DNA from: an uncultured bacterium
GTDB lineage: Bacteria > Actinomycetota > Thermoleophilia > Solirubrobacterales > 70-9
Direction: 5' to 3'
DNA length: 64,000 nt
Assembly (NCBI GenBank): GCA_963720685.1
Contig: CAVRGF010000008.1
Location: forward strand, 89 to 64,088
In this document: one piece after another, positions 60,844-64,000 of the stretch
How positions within the stretch are numbered: the stretch's first letter is position 1
How the letters are laid out: the number at the start of each line of letters is the position of its first letter
The notes under the pieces: model-generated
Seen by the model: the letters and a program-made list of their open reading frames with translations, nothing else
The model's database searches: none
Told to the model about the DNA's origin: nothing
Program-made: the position numbers and the translations under genes

Positions 60844-63099
60844 ATGACCGGGAATCGCGTGGTCAGTGCCCCGCGGGGCACGAACACTGGACTCCGCCTG
60901 GTGTCCGCCGGCTCTGCCTGGGTGGACCGGCCACGCCTGCTTCGAAAGCTCGACGAGGCGGCGACGCCGGTGATCCTCCTCAATGCACCATCCGGCTACG
61001 GCAAGTCGGTCCTCCTCACTCAGTGGGCCGAGCGCGACTCGCGCCCGTTCGCGTCGATCATCCTCGGCGACGAGCACAACGACCCGGCGAGGCTGCTCGC
61101 TTCGATCGTGGAAGCGCTCGATGAGATCGAGCCCGTGCCATCAAACGTCTCAGCGGCGCTCGCGGGTCCCGAGCCGAATATCGATGGCGCTGCCCTGCCT
61201 CGCCTGGGGCGGGTGCTTGCCGAGCGCCAGGCATCTTTCGTCCTCGTACTGGATGACCTCGAACGGCTCGAGTCTCCACAGTCTCTTCACGCCGTTTCGG
61301 CGATCGGGACCCACCTTGCGCGGGATTCGCAGCTCGTCGTGGCAACACGAACAGAGCCGGCATTGCCGATCGGCAGACTTCGAGCTCACCGCGAGCTGAC
61401 CGAATTCGGCCGATCCGATCTGCTGATGACCAAGACGGAGTGCGGGGCGCTACTCGCTGGGCTTGACCTCAGTCTCTCCCCGAGGCAGCTCGACAGCCTG
61501 GTCCGGCACACCGAGGGCTGGCCGGCAGCCCTGTATCTGGCGGGCCTCGCCCTGAGTGAGGAGCCCGATCTCGGCAAGGGCATCGCGAGGTTCGCCGGCG
61601 ACGACCGGGTCGTCGTCGACTACATCAGGGATGAGTTCCTGGATTCTCTCTCGCGGCGCCGTCTTGAGTTCCTCCGCCGGGCCTCGGTCCTCGATCGCCT
61701 CAGCGGCGACGTCTGCGACGCCGTCCTGGGTCGAACCGGCTCGGCAACGGTGCTCCGCGACCTGTCCCGCTCGAACATGCTTCTGATGGCGATGGACCGG
61801 CGTGACGAGTGGTTCCGCTTCCATGCCCTCTTCGGCGAGATGCTGCGCTCGGAGCTCCACCGGATGGAGCCGGGCGAGGAGGTCGGGCTCCATCGTCGTG
61901 CCTCAGACTGGTGGGCAGAGCACGACGACCTCGACCGGGCGATCCATCACGCGATCGAAGGTGGGGCTTTCGCTCGTGCCGGCGAGCTTCTCTGGAGTGG
62001 GGTCCCCGATTACATGAGCCGTGGCCGCAATGCCACCGTGATGCGCTGGCTCGACCGCCTCGGCGACGACACCGTCTCCTCGGATCCGGCATTGAGCCTG
62101 ACCGCGGCGGTCTCGCAGGTCACGCGGGGCGCCGGGGCCCTGGCCGAGCACTGGGCCGCGGTCTCCCGCGGGCTGCTTCAGAAGATGAGACCCACGGCCA
62201 AGACGAGGCCTCTGACGTCGGGATTGTCGCTGGTCGAAGCCGCGTTGGCGCGAGACGGGGTCGAAGCGATGAGCGCTCACACCACGACGGCCGCAGAGCA
62301 GCTTCCCGACGAAAGCCCCTGGCTGTCGATGTGCTTCCTGATCGATGGAGTCGGACTCCATCTGCGTGGGTTCCGCCGAGACGCCCACGACGCCCTGGCG
62401 GAGGGGGCGCGGCGTGGGGCCGTCGGCGCACCGAACATCCAGGTGCTCTGCCTGGCCCAGCTCGCCCTACTCGCGATCGATGAAGACGACTGGCAACTGG
62501 CGGAGATGCTGGCGTCCCAGGGCCGGTCCCAGGTCGACCGATCCGGCCTCGGCGACTACTCCATGATGGCCTTGGGTGTGGCGGTGTCGGCGCTGGTTCG
62601 CTCTCACAGCGGCAAAGCCGAGAAGGCGGCGGCGGACCTCAGGCTTGCGACGCGCCTGCTCGAGGGGCTCGACGAGTTCGCACCCTGGTTTGAGGCAGAG
62701 ACCAGGATCGTGCTGGCGCGGGCCGCGGGTCGGCTCGACGATGCGGCCACGGCCAAGCTCCTCCTCCACGACGCGGCCCGGCTGCTGAAGCTGACCCCCG
62801 ATGCCACGGTGCTCGGGGAGTGGATCGAGCAGGCGGCCGCGATGGTCGAAACCGTCTCTGTCTCGGCGGTCAAGGACCTGACCCCGGCCGAGCTGCGCGT
62901 GCTCGAGTTTCTGCCCACCCACCTCTCCTTTGCGAAGATCGCAGCGCGGGTCCAGGTCTCCCCGAACACGATCAAGACCCAGGCCCAAAGCGTGTACCGA
63001 AAGCTCGGGGTCTCGTCGAGGCTGGAGGCGGTCGAGCATGCTCGCTCCGCCGGCTTGCTGGACGATGAGCGATCTGGGCCTGGCCGGTCGGAACTCTGA
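60844..63099 (+). CDS. MalT/LuxR-family STAND NTPase transcriptional regulator
   Basis: 751 aa. Walker A LLNAPSGYGKS and Walker B FVLVLDDLE, a long helical-repeat middle, and a C-terminal LuxR HTH LTPAELRVLEFLPTHLSFAKIAARVQVSPNTIKTQAQSVYRKLGV. Confidence 0.85.
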   Translation: MTGNRVVSAPRGTNTGLRLVSAGSAWVDRPRLLRKLDEAATPVILLNAPSGYGKSVLLTQWAERDSRPFASIILGDEHNDPARLLASIVEALDEIEPVPSNVSAALAGPEPNIDGAALPRLGRVLAERQASFVLVLDDLERLESPQSLHAVSAIGTHLARDSQLVVATRTEPALPIGRLRAHRELTEFGRSDLLMTKTECGALLAGLDLSLSPRQLDSLVRHTEGWPAALYLAGLALSEEPDLGKGIARFAGDDRVVVDYIRDEFLDSLSRRRLEFLRRASVLDRLSGDVCDAVLGRTGSATVLRDLSRSNMLLMAMDRRDEWFRFHALFGEMLRSELHRMEPGEEVGLHRRASDWWAEHDDLDRAIHHAIEGGAFARAGELLWSGVPDYMSRGRNATVMRWLDRLGDDTVSSDPALSLTAAVSQVTRGAGALAEHWAAVSRGLLQKMRPTAKTRPLTSGLSLVEAALARDGVEAMSAHTTTAAEQLPDESPWLSMCFLIDGVGLHLRGFRRDAHDALAEGARRGAVGAPNIQVLCLAQLALLAIDEDDWQLAEMLASQGRSQVDRSGLGDYSMMALGVAVSALVRSHSGKAEKAAADLRLATRLLEGLDEFAPWFEAETRIVLARAAGRLDDAATAKLLLHDAARLLKLTPDATVLGEWIEQAAAMVETVSVSAVKDLTPAELRVLEFLPTHLSFAKIAARVQVSPNTIKTQAQSVYRKLGVSSRLEAVEHARSAGLLDDERSGPGRSEL

Positions 63100-63207
63100 C
63101 GGCGGCAGGGCGGCGAATCACCTTTTTCGGGCGATGTGGGGAAAGGTGGCTGTCGCATAGCCTGCAATCGGCGCCGTCCGCTCAGTCCGCGGCAGCTCCG
63201 ATCACGG

Positions 63208-63657
63208 ATGCCCAATCTGATCGCCATCGCGTATCAGGAGGAGACCATCGCCGGCCAGGCCGCGGGGGAGCTCGAACGGCGGGCCGACGATCTGGCCATC
63301 GACCCCGACGCGATCGGCGCGATCGTTTGCGAGCGGGACGGCAGGTGTCAGCTGACGACCAGCCGGCGCCCCGGCGCCACGGCCGCCTGGAGCAAGTTCT
63401 GGGGGGTGATCCTGGGGGCCGTGATGGGCGAGGCCGAGATGACCGGACTCGACCCCTCGTTTCGGGAGCGAATCAACCGGATGCTCACGCCGGCCACCTC
63501 GGTCGTGCTCGTCGTTGTCTGGGGAAGGACCGAACCGTCGATTCAGGCCGTGAGCCAGTACGAGGGCACGGCGCTCCGGTGCTCGCTCACCGTGGACAGC
63601 ATGGAACCCCTTGTCACGACCAGCGGGCCGCAGGCCTTGCCGTGGCGTGGCCTGTAG
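63208..63657 (+). CDS. DUF1269-like protein
   Basis: Starting at ATG 63208 gives 149 aa. MPNLIAIAYQEETIAGQAAGELERRADDLAIDPDAIGAIVCERDGR..., then the hydrophobic WSKFWGVILGAVMG. Confidence 0.55.
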   Translation: MPNLIAIAYQEETIAGQAAGELERRADDLAIDPDAIGAIVCERDGRCQLTTSRRPGATAAWSKFWGVILGAVMGEAEMTGLDPSFRERINRMLTPATSVVLVVVWGRTEPSIQAVSQYEGTALRCSLTVDSMEPLVTTSGPQALPWRGL

Positions 63658-64000
63658 GCGCGGCAAGGGCCGAGTCTGAGCGCTGCTCCTCTCCGCTGAT
63701 GCTGTCTACCTGGTGAGCGGCCGGGGCATCAGCTTGGGCGCGTGTCCGACACGCCACGATGGCTTGGCTGCCAACGTCCGAAGGAGCAAGCGATGGCCAC
63801 AGTCGAGAAGAGCCACTACGAGGCAGCTGTAAGGTCTCGGGCGTCGGGCGCGAGAACCACAAGATGATGCTCGATCACTACAGACCAAGTGCATGCTCGT
63901 GAGCTACGACCCGAAGCCGCTCGGCCTCCTCTAGACCCGGTGACCGCGACGCTTTCAGCCACCCCCCGCAGACGGCTCGACACTGAGAGGCAGGCCAGGG

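Noticed and set aside
1-64000. Looked for rRNA, tRNA, CRISPR arrays, IS/transposase, integrase, toxin-antitoxin pairs and defence-system signatures.
   Set aside because: None was recognisable by eye. The only mobile-element trace is the prohead-protease fragment. A tRNAscan/Infernal/IS search would be needed to exclude small RNAs formally.

Overview
This is a very GC-rich chromosomal segment; third codon positions are almost all G/C. It reads like a high-GC Actinomycetota genome, with many GTG/TTG starts, 1- or 4-nt start/stop overlaps, and long Arg/Ala/Pro-rich antisense ORFs that I treat as artefacts. I call about 60 protein-coding genes. I saw no rRNA, tRNA, CRISPR array, transposase or integrase. 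All family names come from my own reading of motifs in the translated ORFs; no database search was run.

Layout:
- (i) 0-3.1 kb: a GT39/ArnT-like glycosyltransferase, then a gene-decay patch with SnoaL-like remnants, an HK97 prohead-protease fragment and short direct repeats.
- (ii) 3.1-23.4 kb: a cell-envelope glycan block. It holds secreted proteins (one built of three tandem ~95-aa repeats), an SGNH hydrolase, an acyltransferase_3-SGNH O-acyltransferase, a beta-helix protein and two GH26 paralogs (one fused to a YdjM-like membrane domain). It also has a five-gene translationally coupled operon: GT2, GT2-GT4 fusion, DUF1616-like, 661-aa polytopic protein, Wzx-type flippase.
- (iii) 23.5-35.8 kb: mixed accessory genes. 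These are a 1292-aa S8 peptidase with a beta-propeller, a methyltransferase, two P450s, membrane proteins and a GAF-GGDEF cyclase, interspersed with sulfatase, USP and alpha/beta-hydrolase fragments.
- (iv) 35.9-54.9 kb: the most unusual part. There are two paralogous ApbE + dihaem ferric-reductase-like (FRD/MsrQ-type) membrane modules. Each is wired by overlapping stop/start codons to a different cytoplasmic feeder (NuoF-like flavoprotein + ferredoxin, versus FAD/NAD ferredoxin reductase + ferredoxin). Each sits next to its own OmpR/histidine-kinase pair. They flank an orphan split cytochrome b6-like operon. A shared ~40-nt cis element marks several of the promoters, and I found no recognisable flavinylation acceptor.
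- (v) 55-64 kb: formylglycine-generating enzyme + arylsulfatase, DUF1269/SHOCT/DUF6325-type small stress proteins and a MalT/LuxR STAND regulator.

A second conserved 52-nt element occurs in two divergent promoter regions 25 kb apart.
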